NCBI GenBank assembly: GCA_000092065.1
Contig: CP000594.1
Length of the DNA: 64,000 nucleotides
Strand: one strand, 5' to 3'
Source of the DNA: Ostreococcus lucimarinus
Lineage: Eukaryota
Part shown: positions 51,023-60,705 of the stretch, one piece after another
Layout: every line of letters begins with the position of its first letter
Position numbering within the stretch: the stretch's first letter is position 1
Translations under genes and position numbers: made by a program
The notes under the pieces: model-generated
Database searches by the model: none
Told to the model about the DNA's origin: nothing
Seen by the model: only the letters and a program-made list of their open reading frames with translations

Positions 51023-51670
51023 CTACATCGCGCGCCCGACGAACGTCGAGCGAGGATACGCCGCGTGCGCGCGCTCCCACATCACGCACACCCGATCGAC
51101 GCACCTCAGATGATAAAAAATCTTCCCCGTCAGGCTGAGCGTTCGCGCGCGACACGCGCTCTCCACGAACACCGTCGCCGGCGTTCGCCACCCCAGCGCG
51201 CGTCGCGCCATCGCCGCCAGCACGATCGGCACGCACGTCCCCGGTCCGTTACAAATCACCACGTCCGGTTTCACGCGCGCGACGATCGCGATCGCCGCCG
51301 CGCACGCGCGCGCCGTCGTCGCCGCGCTCGTCGTCCATCGCTGGCCCACCTCTCGCGCGCGTCCGATCGTCAGCACGCGCGCCTCGCCGCGAGCGCCGCG
51401 TCGCGAGCGCTCGAACGTGAGCGCTCTGTCGGCGCTCCGCGCGTCCGTGCTCGCGACGACGTACGCCGCGACGTCCAGTCGGTCGAGCGTTCGCGCGTCG
51501 CGCAGGATGCGCAGCATCTCCGCCGTGTGTCCGCCGCTGCCGAGCACGACGAGCGCCCGCGCGCGCCGGCCGCGGAGCGCCGACTTGTCTAACGCGCGCG
51601 TCGCGGCGCGCGCGATCCACAGCGCGACGTTGGCGAGCGCGAGGAGCGCGAGGAGCGAACGCGGTGGCAT
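51023..51670 (-). CDS. ALG14: UDP-N-acetylglucosamine transferase subunit ALG14
   Basis: N-terminal TM anchor MPPRSLLALLALANVALWIA, then LVVLGSGGHTAEMLRIL...ICNGPGTCVPIVLAA...SLTGKIFYHL are ALG14 motifs. The first ATG is at 51670; the track start at 51796 is a GTG. Confidence 0.8.
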   Translation of the reverse strand: MPPRSLLALLALANVALWIARAATRALDKSALRGRRARALVVLGSGGHTAEMLRILRDARTLDRLDVAAYVVASTDARSADRALTFERSRRGARGEARVLTIGRAREVGQRWTTSAATTARACAAAIAIVARVKPDVVICNGPGTCVPIVLAAMARRALGWRTPATVFVESACRARTLSLTGKIFYHLRCVDRVCVMWERAHAAYPRSTFVGRAM

Positions 51671-51719
51671 GGCGAGGCGAACACTGCGGTCAAAACGCGA
51701 CTCGCGCGCGCGCGGCGCG

Positions 51720-52730
51720 ATGTCGCGGCGCGCGGCGACGGCGGTGACTCTCGCGGTGACGCTCGCGTCGCTGGTCCGCGCGCGCGCGCCGCGCACGGCG
51801 CGCCGCGGCGGCGACGAGGGCGACGCGCGGGCGGCGGGGGCGTGGACGGTCGGGGACGCCGCGCGCGCGACGCTGGCGTCCGCGTGCGTGTCGCTCGCGT
51901 CCCTGGTCGGGTGCGCGCTGATGGCGATCGGCGCGCGCGCGGACGCGCTCGCGTGGCTGAGCGACGCGGCGATCGGGGCGATGCTCGGGGACGCGCTCGG
52001 GTGTCAACTGCCGTCGGCGCTCGAGGCGGCGACGCGAGCGCGAGGACGCGACGGCGCGGGCGTCGCGGCGTGCGCGACGACGTGCGGCGTGCTGGCGTTT
52101 CATCAGTTGGAGGTGATCGTGCGCGCGGTGAAGGCGCGAAACGATGGGAAAGTGGGGACGACGCGGCGGCGTCGAACGCCGAGCGAAAGCCGAAGCCGAA
52201 GCCGAAGCCGAGGCGCGAGTGGTCGAGCGCGCGAGCGACGCGCGGCGGCGCGAGAGATCGCGGCGAGCGGATGGCTCAATCTGTTCGCCGATGCCGCGCA
52301 CAACTTCACCGACGGCGTCGTGATCGCGATCGCGTTCGCCCGGCGCGGCGCGACGCGCGGCTACGCCGCGGCGTGGACGACGCTCGCGCACGAGCTTCCG
52401 CAAGAGCTCGGCGACTACGGCATCTTACGACGCTCGGGATTCACCGACGTCGAGGCGTTATGGTTCAACTTTCTCTCCGCCCTCGTCGCCGTCGGCGCGA
52501 CCGCGCTCACGTTCCTCGTCCTGGCCGCGCTCGACGCCGCGAGCGCCTCCGCGTCGTCCTTCGCCCGACGTCTCGCCCTCGACGTTCCCTACCTCGTCGA
52601 GGCCTTCTGCGCCGGCGGGTTTCTCACCGTCGCCTTCACCGCCCTTCGCGAGGACGATTCGGGATCCGCGTTCGCGCGCGTTCGCGTGTTCGTCGCCGCC
52701 GTCCTCGTCGCGCGTCGCGGCGCCCACTGA
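51720..52730 (+). CDS. ZIP-family zinc transporter (SLC39A7/KE4/ZIP13-like)
   Basis: GWLNLFADAAHNFTDGVVIAIAF and HELPQELGDYGIL (the HELPHE(L/I)GDFA signature of the KE4/ZIP7 subfamily), after a His/Arg/Ser-rich loop. Signal-like MSRRAATAVTLAVTLASLV at the ATG at 51720. An alternative ATG at 51669 overlaps the ALG14 start. Confidence 0.75.
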   Translation: MSRRAATAVTLAVTLASLVRARAPRTARRGGDEGDARAAGAWTVGDAARATLASACVSLASLVGCALMAIGARADALAWLSDAAIGAMLGDALGCQLPSALEAATRARGRDGAGVAACATTCGVLAFHQLEVIVRAVKARNDGKVGTTRRRRTPSESRSRSRSRGASGRARERRAAAREIAASGWLNLFADAAHNFTDGVVIAIAFARRGATRGYAAAWTTLAHELPQELGDYGILRRSGFTDVEALWFNFLSALVAVGATALTFLVLAALDAASASASSFARRLALDVPYLVEAFCAGGFLTVAFTALREDDSGSAFARVRVFVAAVLVARRGAH

Positions 52731-52842
52731 TGCATAAGTAACCCGAGCCCGACTGCGCGCGCCCCCCCTCGTGTCCGCCCCCCCTGCGATTTCCAATATT
52801 TCATATTCAACGACCCAAATGACCCAATTAACAAAAAACATG

Positions 52843-52860
52843 ACACACACACACACACAC
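52843..52860. repeat. (AC)9 dinucleotide microsatellite
   Basis: acacacacacacacacac, intergenic, upstream of hypothetical gene 53188..54483. Confidence 0.85.
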
Positions 52861-53187
52861 GACGGTTCAGGACTCGTCGCGATTCAGGCGCCGTCGAGGG
52901 GCGCCGGCCGGTCTCCGCGCGCGGTCGTCGCGCCGACGCATCTCGCGACGCGATCGCGCGCGCGACGCGAGGACGACGACGCGCGGGAGGCGCGCGAAGC
53001 GACCGCCGCGGACGCGCGACGACGCGCGGCGCGATCGACGACGGAGACGCGCGATCGGGCGCGACGCGGCGCGGCGCGGCGACGGGACGAGGTTCGAATT
53101 AATTCCGCGGCGTCATCTCGAGACGCGCGCGGCGAATCGAGGAAGCGCGCGGGGACGCGAGGCGGGCGGTTCGAGGCGCGAGAGGAG

Positions 53188-54483
53188 ATGTCGCAGGCGG
53201 GGACGTCGACGAAGGCGGGACGAGGCGCGGATGGGCGCGAGAGGTTCGTCGTCATTCGCGCGATGGGGCTGAGCGTGGACGGGAAGGTGGAGGCGGTGGT
53301 GGAGAGCGAGGCGTTTCCGACGCTCGAGGCGGCGATCGGGCACAGCGAGTACTTGGCGCAGACGGTGAGAGCGCGCGGGGGGGTTCGGGGGAACGTGGGA
53401 CGAAACGGGGGGAAGAAAGGGATGAAGGCGTCGCGAACGACGATTTGCGAGTTGCCGGTGGACACGCAGGTGTGGCACGTGACGCCGACGAATATTCCCG
53501 GGCCGGCGTATCGAAACGAGGGGCAGCTCATGGTGATGCTGCTGTCGAGTCTGTGCGGACGCGTGGTGTCGAAATCGCGCAATGGGGTGTTGGATGAGTC
53601 GGAGTTCGCGTACAACAACGGCCACGGCGTGCGGTCGGCTCGCAACGGGGGCGACGCGGAGGCGCCACAAATTGCGGACGGCATTCCTTACGTCAAAGCA
53701 AAGATTTTCGGCCAGAAAACGGCTGACCCATTCATGTTGCGCCCTAACATCTCCAAGGCTGCGTTCAGAACGCTCCTCCTGCGCGCGGTGGGTAAGTACC
53801 TGGCCGACGATCGCGAGCCGTACCCGGTGCTGGCGAAATCAGACGTGCAGCTTCAAGTCGCGCAAGTGGCTCACGGAGTCCAATACCACGTTCTCGCGAT
53901 TCGTGCGCTTGGACATTCCGCCGCGGACTTTTCGATGTCCATCGATGATCAAGGTCGAACCTTTGTGCGCGCCGATCCGGCGCAACCGCCAAACTCGAAC
54001 CCGAAGTTGGGGCGGCCGTTCGAGCTGTTGTGTCAGTTCCCTTCCCTCGTGCACTTGCAAACGTGCCGCTGCATTTATCAAGACGACGTACTGTACATCA
54101 TTGTGTATCCTCGTAACGCCAAGTCGCGATCACTTCGTTTGTCTTCAGCAGAAATTAGAAACACGTCTTTGCCGGAAAGCATTCGAAACACCGCGACGGG
54201 CGCCGGCGTGGAAAAGGCCAACGGACCTTCGTTTCCGCGCGAAGTAGGGATCGAGGATGGAACAAATAGCGCTAGACCGGGCGATGAGATTGCCTTGGCT
54301 ACCCTTGGTGGCGCTTTTGGGAAGAACGAAGATGACTCTGACTCCGACAACACGGATGACTTCTCGAACGACGAGGCAGAGGAGCCACGTGCCAAGACTG
54401 CGGCGCCCGAGGTTGATGAGAAGACGATAGATTTACCAGACGAGGATGTCGACAGCGAGGTGGAAGAGCCGATGCCCGAATAG
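53188..54483 (+). CDS. hypothetical protein with acidic, Ser/Asp/Glu-rich C-terminal tail
   Basis: From the ATG at 53188 (MSQAGTSTKAGRG), with varied composition (FVVIRAMGLSVDGKVEAVVESEAFPTLEAAIGHSEYL...LCQFPSLVHLQTCRCIYQDDVLYIIVYPRN...) and ending in the acidic tail DDSDSDNTDDFSNDEAEEP...DEDVDSEVEEPMPE. I recognise no domain. The first 139 codons of the track ORF look non-coding. Confidence 0.4.
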   Translation: MSQAGTSTKAGRGADGRERFVVIRAMGLSVDGKVEAVVESEAFPTLEAAIGHSEYLAQTVRARGGVRGNVGRNGGKKGMKASRTTICELPVDTQVWHVTPTNIPGPAYRNEGQLMVMLLSSLCGRVVSKSRNGVLDESEFAYNNGHGVRSARNGGDAEAPQIADGIPYVKAKIFGQKTADPFMLRPNISKAAFRTLLLRAVGKYLADDREPYPVLAKSDVQLQVAQVAHGVQYHVLAIRALGHSAADFSMSIDDQGRTFVRADPAQPPNSNPKLGRPFELLCQFPSLVHLQTCRCIYQDDVLYIIVYPRNAKSRSLRLSSAEIRNTSLPESIRNTATGAGVEKANGPSFPREVGIEDGTNSARPGDEIALATLGGAFGKNEDDSDSDNTDDFSNDEAEEPRAKTAAPEVDEKTIDLPDEDVDSEVEEPMPE

Positions 54484-54591
54484 GATGATTTTACGTGATG
54501 GACTATTAATAATGCACTCAATGTGAATACACGCTGCGCTACGCTCTAATGTGATGGAATAATGATGCGTTAAATGTCAGTACACGCTGCG

Positions 54592-56151
54592 CTACCCTCT
54601 GTCCGCGTTCAAATCCCCGTCGTTCTCTATCGGTGCCACCTCGTTTTCGTCCGTCTGTAAAGCCTCGAGCACGGCCCTTCGTTCCATCTCTACGTCGTGA
54701 TCGATGGTAAATGTAATGCAGGCCAAAATAACGCCACACACAAACCAAAAGGTAAACGCCACGTTGAACGCCACTCGTCTGCCCATGCTCACGATGAGCA
54801 AGGCGACCAGCGCGGGTCCACCGCCTTTACCGACGTCGTCAATTTGTGAGTAAAATGCAAACATACTTCCACGAGTTTCCGGCGGGTTGACATTCAACAA
54901 AATTGCGCGCACATTGGGCGGTGTCACCGAGCAGAAAACGCCGCCGACGAGGCACGACAGGTACAAACCGACCCTCCCCGGACCGTAGTCGTTGACGTTG
55001 AGATAGTAATACGCTGGAAGTGCTCCAATAGCGGTCGTCAGTCCCATTAAAATCGGAAGTTCGCTCTTCTTCTTATTGTACATCCTCTGACCGATGAATC
55101 CTCCCCCAATGGTGCCGAAGGCGGAGCCCAAGCCGAAGACGGTGATGGCCGCCGTGGCGTTTTGCACCGTCATACCCTTTTGCTTATGTAAAAAGTCGAC
55201 AAAGTACGAATTGAACACCCCCCACGGCACCGTGCCCGGCAAGCCTTGCGCAAGCACGAGGATGTTGGTCTTCACAAGCAATTGCTTCTTGACCTTGCTC
55301 CAATTCATCTTGGCTTTATACGAAACATCTCCCGCTTCGTCGCCGCTTTCGAGCTCGTCCTCCGTCTGCGCCGTCGTTTGTTCGTCGGAATCATCCCGCT
55401 CAGCGACATTTTTCGTTGAATTCCTTCGCATCGTCATTCGATGAACTTCTTCCTCCTGAGCGCCACGCTTGGGCTCGTCGACGACGAGAACCATCACCGT
55501 TGCGAGCACGACCGCGGGCGCGGATGTGAGGATGAACGGTAGTCGCCACCCGTACGCCGGCCCTACCGTACCCGCCACCACTTGTCCGAGCGCCACTCCC
55601 GCTCCCGTCGCGATCGTCAAAAAACTCGCCACGTAACTCCGCTCATGACTCGCAAACAAATCTCCGCACAACGAGAACAACAGCGGTAAGCATCCGCCCA
55701 CCGCGATGCCCGTCATCGCGCGAAGCGCAAACAACTGCCAATAACTCGTCACCCAATACGTCGCCATGCACGGCCCTTCACCGATCAGTGTCGTCCAAAA
55801 GAACAAACGCACTCGACGCACTCGATCGGCGTAGTACCCGATGATCAGCGACGCCGGCGAGCCGACGACGAAAAACGCCAGCTGGAGCAACCCGCCCAGC
55901 TTGACATCCTTCTCTTTTTCATCCATCCCGAACTCCTCCGCTATGGCGCTCATGTTCGGCCCGATGAGGTTTTGATCGGCGTACAGGAACAGAGAAGTGG
56001 CCGTGATCAACCCGACGACGCCGTAGCGCTTCCATCGCTCGCGTCGCGCAAGTCTACGCCGTTGAAAACTCACGGAAGATGATGTCCCCGCCGCTGGGAT
56101 AGCTTCGCCTTCGCGAGGCGCTCGGGACGCGTCGGAGGACTCAGAGGGCAT
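54592..56151 (-). CDS. major facilitator superfamily transporter, Spinster-like
   Basis: 12-TM MFS topology with GVVGLITATSLFLYADQNLIGPNMSAIAEEFGM...YADRVRRVRLFFWTTLIGEG...MTGIAVGGCLPLLFSLCGDLF; the resemblance to Spinster (SPNS) is by motif only and is tentative. Start at the ATG at 56151 (MPSESSD). Confidence 0.75.
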   Translation of the reverse strand: MPSESSDASRAPREGEAIPAAGTSSSVSFQRRRLARRERWKRYGVVGLITATSLFLYADQNLIGPNMSAIAEEFGMDEKEKDVKLGGLLQLAFFVVGSPASLIIGYYADRVRRVRLFFWTTLIGEGPCMATYWVTSYWQLFALRAMTGIAVGGCLPLLFSLCGDLFASHERSYVASFLTIATGAGVALGQVVAGTVGPAYGWRLPFILTSAPAVVLATVMVLVVDEPKRGAQEEEVHRMTMRRNSTKNVAERDDSDEQTTAQTEDELESGDEAGDVSYKAKMNWSKVKKQLLVKTNILVLAQGLPGTVPWGVFNSYFVDFLHKQKGMTVQNATAAITVFGLGSAFGTIGGGFIGQRMYNKKKSELPILMGLTTAIGALPAYYYLNVNDYGPGRVGLYLSCLVGGVFCSVTPPNVRAILLNVNPPETRGSMFAFYSQIDDVGKGGGPALVALLIVSMGRRVAFNVAFTFWFVCGVILACITFTIDHDVEMERRAVLEALQTDENEVAPIENDGDLNADRG

Positions 56152-56361
56152 GAAACTTCGCGCGCGCGTTAAAAGCGATACGATGCACGAACCGCGGCGC
56201 GCGCACCGTCGCGCGCGGGCGCGCGCCGATGTACGGCTCGCGCGCGGGCTGGGACGCTCAACAACTCTTTCGGGACGAGCGCGCGCGCGGCGAAATACAC
56301 AACACATCATATTTATTGCACTAAGTTTCATCGAGCGCTCGCGACCAGTCGCGCGGAATCA

Positions 56362-57264
56362 TTATTGACGACCTCCTGAGCGCTGCAAAGCGGCGAGTTT
56401 CGCTTTAGTCGCCACGAGTTCGCGGCGGAGCGCGGCGTTTTCCTCTTCGAGCGCTCGCATCGCGCTCTCGCGCTTTTCGCGACTTCTCGCCGCGCTCTCG
56501 CGGTTACGGAACAGCCGCTCTTGCATGCGGAGCGCTTTCTCGGCTTCGGTCTCTTTCGGGGCGCCTTTCGGCTTCCGTCCCATCTTGAGCGGGGCGATGG
56601 CTTGTCGAAACGCCGGAGGCGTGGCGATGCCGCTGCGCTTCTTCAACCGCTTGGGTTCGTAGGACACGCCCGGAACGGTGGGAACTATCATCATCGACAC
56701 CCGGGACGGCGCACTCCCCGTCGTTTTCGTCGTCGTCGTTTTCTTCACCGCGGTCGCCCTCCCGTTCGTCGCCCTCTTCGCCTTCGCCTTCGCCGTCTTC
56801 CCCGCCGTCACCGTCGCCGTCGTCGTCGCCGCTTCATCCCCCCCGGCGTCCGCCAGCGCCAGCGCCGTCGTCAACTGCATGAAATTCATCGTCGGCAGGC
56901 TCGGCAGGCTCGGCAGGCTCGGCTCGCGTCCCCGCGCCGTCCCGCTCGCGCCGCTCGAATTAATCTTCGCCCACACGTCTCCCATGCTCTGCCGTCCCGC
57001 CTCGTCCGGCAATCGATCGAATATTTTCGCGTCGATCGTCGACGCCTGTCGCGCCACCGCCGTCGCCACCTCGCGCATCGTCGCCGTCGCCGCGTCCGCG
57101 CCTCGTCCGAGCGCGTCCAGCGTCAGCCCGAGCGCGGGGTCGTCCGCGTGCGCGCTCAGCGTCGGGACGAGCTCGCGCGCCCATTTACGCAGCGAATCAT
57201 CGCGCATCACCGCGTCGTCACCGTCGTCCGTCGTCGCGTCGCGTCGCGTCGCCGCGCGCGGCAT
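56362..57264 (-). CDS. bZIP transcription factor
   Basis: C-terminal basic region-leucine zipper KETEAEKALRMQERLFRNRESAARSREKRESAMRALEEENAALRRELVATKAKLAAL. I placed the start at the ATG at 57264 (MPRAATRRD); the start is uncertain. Confidence 0.6.
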   Translation of the reverse strand: MPRAATRRDATTDDGDDAVMRDDSLRKWARELVPTLSAHADDPALGLTLDALGRGADAATATMREVATAVARQASTIDAKIFDRLPDEAGRQSMGDVWAKINSSGASGTARGREPSLPSLPSLPTMNFMQLTTALALADAGGDEAATTTATVTAGKTAKAKAKRATNGRATAVKKTTTTKTTGSAPSRVSMMIVPTVPGVSYEPKRLKKRSGIATPPAFRQAIAPLKMGRKPKGAPKETEAEKALRMQERLFRNRESAARSREKRESAMRALEEENAALRRELVATKAKLAALQRSGGRQ

Positions 57265-57621
57265 CGCGTCGCGTCGTGCCGCGTCGCCGCGCCGATCGAC
57301 CGGTCGCGCGCGTCGATATCGCCACGTGGCGATATCTGGATATTCGACGAGTCCCGACCCGTCGATCGAGCCCAGATCCGATCGCGCGGGTGCCGACCGA
57401 CGCCGCCGCGCGCGACGGCGACGGTTCGCGCGCGACGGTATTTTTGGACGGCGCGCGACGGCGCGCGACGGCGCGCGCGCGCAGAGCGCGGCGCGCGACG
57501 CGCGGGCGAACGCGCGCGACGGTGCCGGCGACGCGCGCGGCGACGCGCGGTCGGCGCGCGACGGCGCGCGCGAGGAAACGGACGCGCGAGGACGCGACGG
57601 TTCGTCTCGCGCGCGGACGCG

Positions 57622-60012
57622 ATGGGAGGCGCGCGCGACGACGACGTCGCGACGCACGCGGAGCGGGCGCGACGGGAGGCGCGAGCGATCGAACGGCGAG
57701 CGACGCGGTTGGAGCGACGCGCGGAGGCGCTGCGGGCGCGGCGAAAGGCGCTCGGGACGGAGGCGCGGGAGGAGGACGTGGCGGCGGCGCGGTGCGCGGC
57801 GGAGGCGGAGCGCGAGGAGGCGAGGATTCGAGCGCGCGGGCGCGGTGAGACGGTGGAATCGCTGCGGGAGAAGCGAGACGCGGTGATGAGGACGCTAGAG
57901 GAGGCGAGACGGCACGAGGCCGAGCGGTTGGCGCCGATGGTGGTGAGCGCGCGGGAGGAGTGCGAGATGTTGCGCGAGGAAATCGAGGGATGCGGGAAGC
58001 GCGCCGAGGCGCTGACGGGGAGCAGAGACGAGCGCGAACGACGCGCGTGCGAGGTCGAACGCGCGTGCGCGAGCGTGCGAGAGGCACTGAAAATCGAGCG
58101 AGAGAGATTAAAGTGTGAGAAAGCGGTGTTGGGGAAAATACGAGCTGAAAAAGACGCACTGTTTGAGACGTTGACGCGCGCTCGAGCCGACGCGGCGACG
58201 CTCGAAACCCGCGCGGAGACGCTTCGATGCGCAGAAACCGATGCAGAGACGTCGGTGCGACGCAACGAGCAAGAATTGAGCGAACACGTGAGTAAGAACG
58301 CGAAGTTTGACGAGCAGCTGTCGACCGCGGAGAGAGGTTTAAACGATCTCAAGGCGCTCTTGGAGCGGGAATCGTTGGCGCGAGACGAAATCGCCGCCGA
58401 GGGCGTGCGCCGCGAGCTCGATCGACGCGCGTGTCAGAAGTCTTTGACTCGAGCCAAGCAGACGTCGCTTCGTGAGACGCGTGCAAACGCACATCTTACG
58501 TATCTCGTGAACGAAATGTTGACGAACGCACGCTCGATTGCCGACATTGTCGAGGACGTCGAAGGGACAAAGGCTGCGCTCGAACGTGAGCTCGCCACGG
58601 CGGTTCGCGACACCAAGCGTACCATAGAAGAGCAAAACGCGCTCAGACTCGACGTGAACGAGCGTAGGGAAGAGTGCAAGGTAGAAATCACCAAAGGAGA
58701 TTTGCTTGCGCACACCGTGACAGTCACCGTGCGCCAAGAAATAGCAGATTTAGAAGATGAGGTAAAATGTCTTCGTCGCGAGGAGGCGGCGAGAAATCGA
58801 ATACAAAAGTACGTCGCCGACAGGGTCTCGCGCGCGATGAAGCGTCACCAAGGCGTGCAGCAAAACATAGCACAACTAAAATCGCTATTGCGTATCCGCG
58901 ATGCGGAGATGATGGATGTGAAGTCAAATATCGACGACGCGCGAGAGCGCCGCTCGCACTTTGAACGCCTGCGAGAATTGACGACGACGCAACGCGACGC
59001 GTTCGCGACGATCGTGAGAAAATCTGGCGTCATCGCCGGAGCTACTCGAGAAAAGAATGAATGTTTACATTTGAAAACGTTCGAGCTCGAGCGTCAAGCG
59101 CAAGAGAAAGATTGGGAAGTTTCCGCGGCGCGCGGAGAGACAGATGCGAAGAAGCGCGAGAGGGATGCGCGCCGAAATCAAAACGACGCCGTCTCGCACG
59201 TCATCTTGCGCGCCAGAGCGGACATGGAGGTGAGTGAAACCGAACTCGGAAAACTACAAAACGAGCTCAAGGCCGGGAAGTGCGATCAAGAGCTTTTATT
59301 CGAGCAATCAAAGGCGCTTGTGAAATCACGTCAGGCAGTCGCCATGGAGTTGCTCGACCGAAACGACGAGTTGTGTCAACTGTGCGATCGTATCGCCACG
59401 TCCGAAGACGTCAGCCGGCAGTGCGAAGAAGAGCTCGCGCTGCGTGTACATGAATATGAAACACTACGCCGTCAAGTACACGACCTAGAGCGTTCCCTGA
59501 TCGTCGCGCGGCGAAACGTCGCCGCCATACCGCGCTACCAAGCCGAGATTTCGAGCAAGCGCTCGACGCTATACGAGATGCGCGTCTCGGCGGAGAATCT
59601 GAGTCAGCGATTGGAAGATCCGAACGAGCACACGCGGTGGCGATTAATTCATGGTCCGAAGGGTGAGCAAGAAAACGACGTTGACGTGGACGTTTTCAAC
59701 GATAAGCTTGCGAGCGTGGGATCGAGAATTCAAGATCAAGAGCGCGAGCTCGCGAGGCGTCGACTGAGATGTCAAGACATCGATCGAGAGATTGAACGTT
59801 TGCGAGCGGTCATCGCCGAAAATGCAGACGAAGCGATCGAAACTGCGTCGTCGCTCAATCGAGCGAAATCCAAGCTCTCGGCCGTCGAGCGAGCGCTCCT
59901 CGCCGCGGTGTCCGAACTCACCATGTATCGAGCGCTCACCGCCGCGCTCGCCGACGCAAAATCGCGAAACATCGCCGAGATCGATGCCTTACGCTTGAGT
60001 TTAGAGACGTAA
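57622..60012 (+). CDS. CCDC39/CCDC40-family axonemal coiled-coil protein (cilia/flagella 96-nm ruler component)
   Basis: About 800 aa, almost entirely coiled-coil, with LSQRLEDPNEHTRWRLIHGPKGEQE (cf. the conserved NP(E/N)..RWR.L.G.D motif of CCDC39/40). Start at the ATG at 57622 (MGGARDDD). The first 1.1 kb of the track ORF is antisense to the bZIP gene. Confidence 0.65.
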   Translation: MGGARDDDVATHAERARREARAIERRATRLERRAEALRARRKALGTEAREEDVAAARCAAEAEREEARIRARGRGETVESLREKRDAVMRTLEEARRHEAERLAPMVVSAREECEMLREEIEGCGKRAEALTGSRDERERRACEVERACASVREALKIERERLKCEKAVLGKIRAEKDALFETLTRARADAATLETRAETLRCAETDAETSVRRNEQELSEHVSKNAKFDEQLSTAERGLNDLKALLERESLARDEIAAEGVRRELDRRACQKSLTRAKQTSLRETRANAHLTYLVNEMLTNARSIADIVEDVEGTKAALERELATAVRDTKRTIEEQNALRLDVNERREECKVEITKGDLLAHTVTVTVRQEIADLEDEVKCLRREEAARNRIQKYVADRVSRAMKRHQGVQQNIAQLKSLLRIRDAEMMDVKSNIDDARERRSHFERLRELTTTQRDAFATIVRKSGVIAGATREKNECLHLKTFELERQAQEKDWEVSAARGETDAKKRERDARRNQNDAVSHVILRARADMEVSETELGKLQNELKAGKCDQELLFEQSKALVKSRQAVAMELLDRNDELCQLCDRIATSEDVSRQCEEELALRVHEYETLRRQVHDLERSLIVARRNVAAIPRYQAEISSKRSTLYEMRVSAENLSQRLEDPNEHTRWRLIHGPKGEQENDVDVDVFNDKLASVGSRIQDQERELARRRLRCQDIDREIERLRAVIAENADEAIETASSLNRAKSKLSAVERALLAAVSELTMYRALTAALADAKSRNIAEIDALRLSLET

Positions 60013-60133
60013 ACGAAACGATCTTGATGACGTGAGCGATTACGACGACGACCACGACGACGCGCGCTTGGACGAACGCATTCAAGCTAAAAGAAAAGAA
60101 TTACAACCGCTGGGTCTTCGCGCGGTGCTCACC

Positions 60134-60562
60134 CTAACTCGCTAGTATTCCCAGTAGCACCAACACGCCCGCGATCGCGCTGTACTTGAGCGTCGTAAAA
60201 ATCAACGCCCACGTCACGCTTATCAGCTTCACCCCAACGACCGCGAACCACACACCGAGCAATCCAAACAAAACCCCCACCGCCGCGCCCTCGGGCGTGA
60301 GCTTGTCCCCGCCCGGCAGCTCGCTCGTCGGCATGCTGAACACGTTGGTATCCGCCTTGTATCGCTGTTGGTACTTGAACTGATCCAAAAACCACGCCGC
60401 TTCGGACATTTGCACGTCTTTCTTGCTCTTCTTCGCGCGCGCGACGACGGCGTGGCGATTTCGCTCGGACGAGGGCCGTTGAGGTTGGCGTTGGGGTTCG
60501 CACGCACCGCGAGTTCGGGACGCGGACGCGCACGCCGGCGCGCGCACGGTGCGCAACGACAT
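60134..60562 (-). CDS. hypothetical small membrane protein (two predicted TM helices) with presequence-like N-terminus
   Basis: ...MSEAAWFLDQFKYQQRYKADTNVFSMPTSELPGGDKLTPEGAAVGVLFGLLGVWFAVVGVKLISVTWALIFTTLKYSAIAGVLVLLGILAS. No family recognised; alternative start at the Met at 60409. Confidence 0.4.
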   Translation of the reverse strand: MSLRTVRAPACASASRTRGACEPQRQPQRPSSERNRHAVVARAKKSKKDVQMSEAAWFLDQFKYQQRYKADTNVFSMPTSELPGGDKLTPEGAAVGVLFGLLGVWFAVVGVKLISVTWALIFTTLKYSAIAGVLVLLGILAS

Positions 60563-60705
60563 CTGATTGATGTCTCGGCGCGGTCGCGCGAGGCTGCGTC
60601 ACGAGTTCGAGCGAGGCGCGCACTGCGGCGAAGGCTGGGTCGCCCAGCGAGCGAGCGTCGAGAGTAACTCGAGAGTCACGAAAGCAATGAATCAATCAAA
60701 ATCAG

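Noticed and set aside
56521-57621. 5' third of track ORF 56521..60012 (+)
   Set aside because: Arg-rich and antisense to the bZIP gene. The coiled-coil protein begins at the in-frame ATG at 57622.
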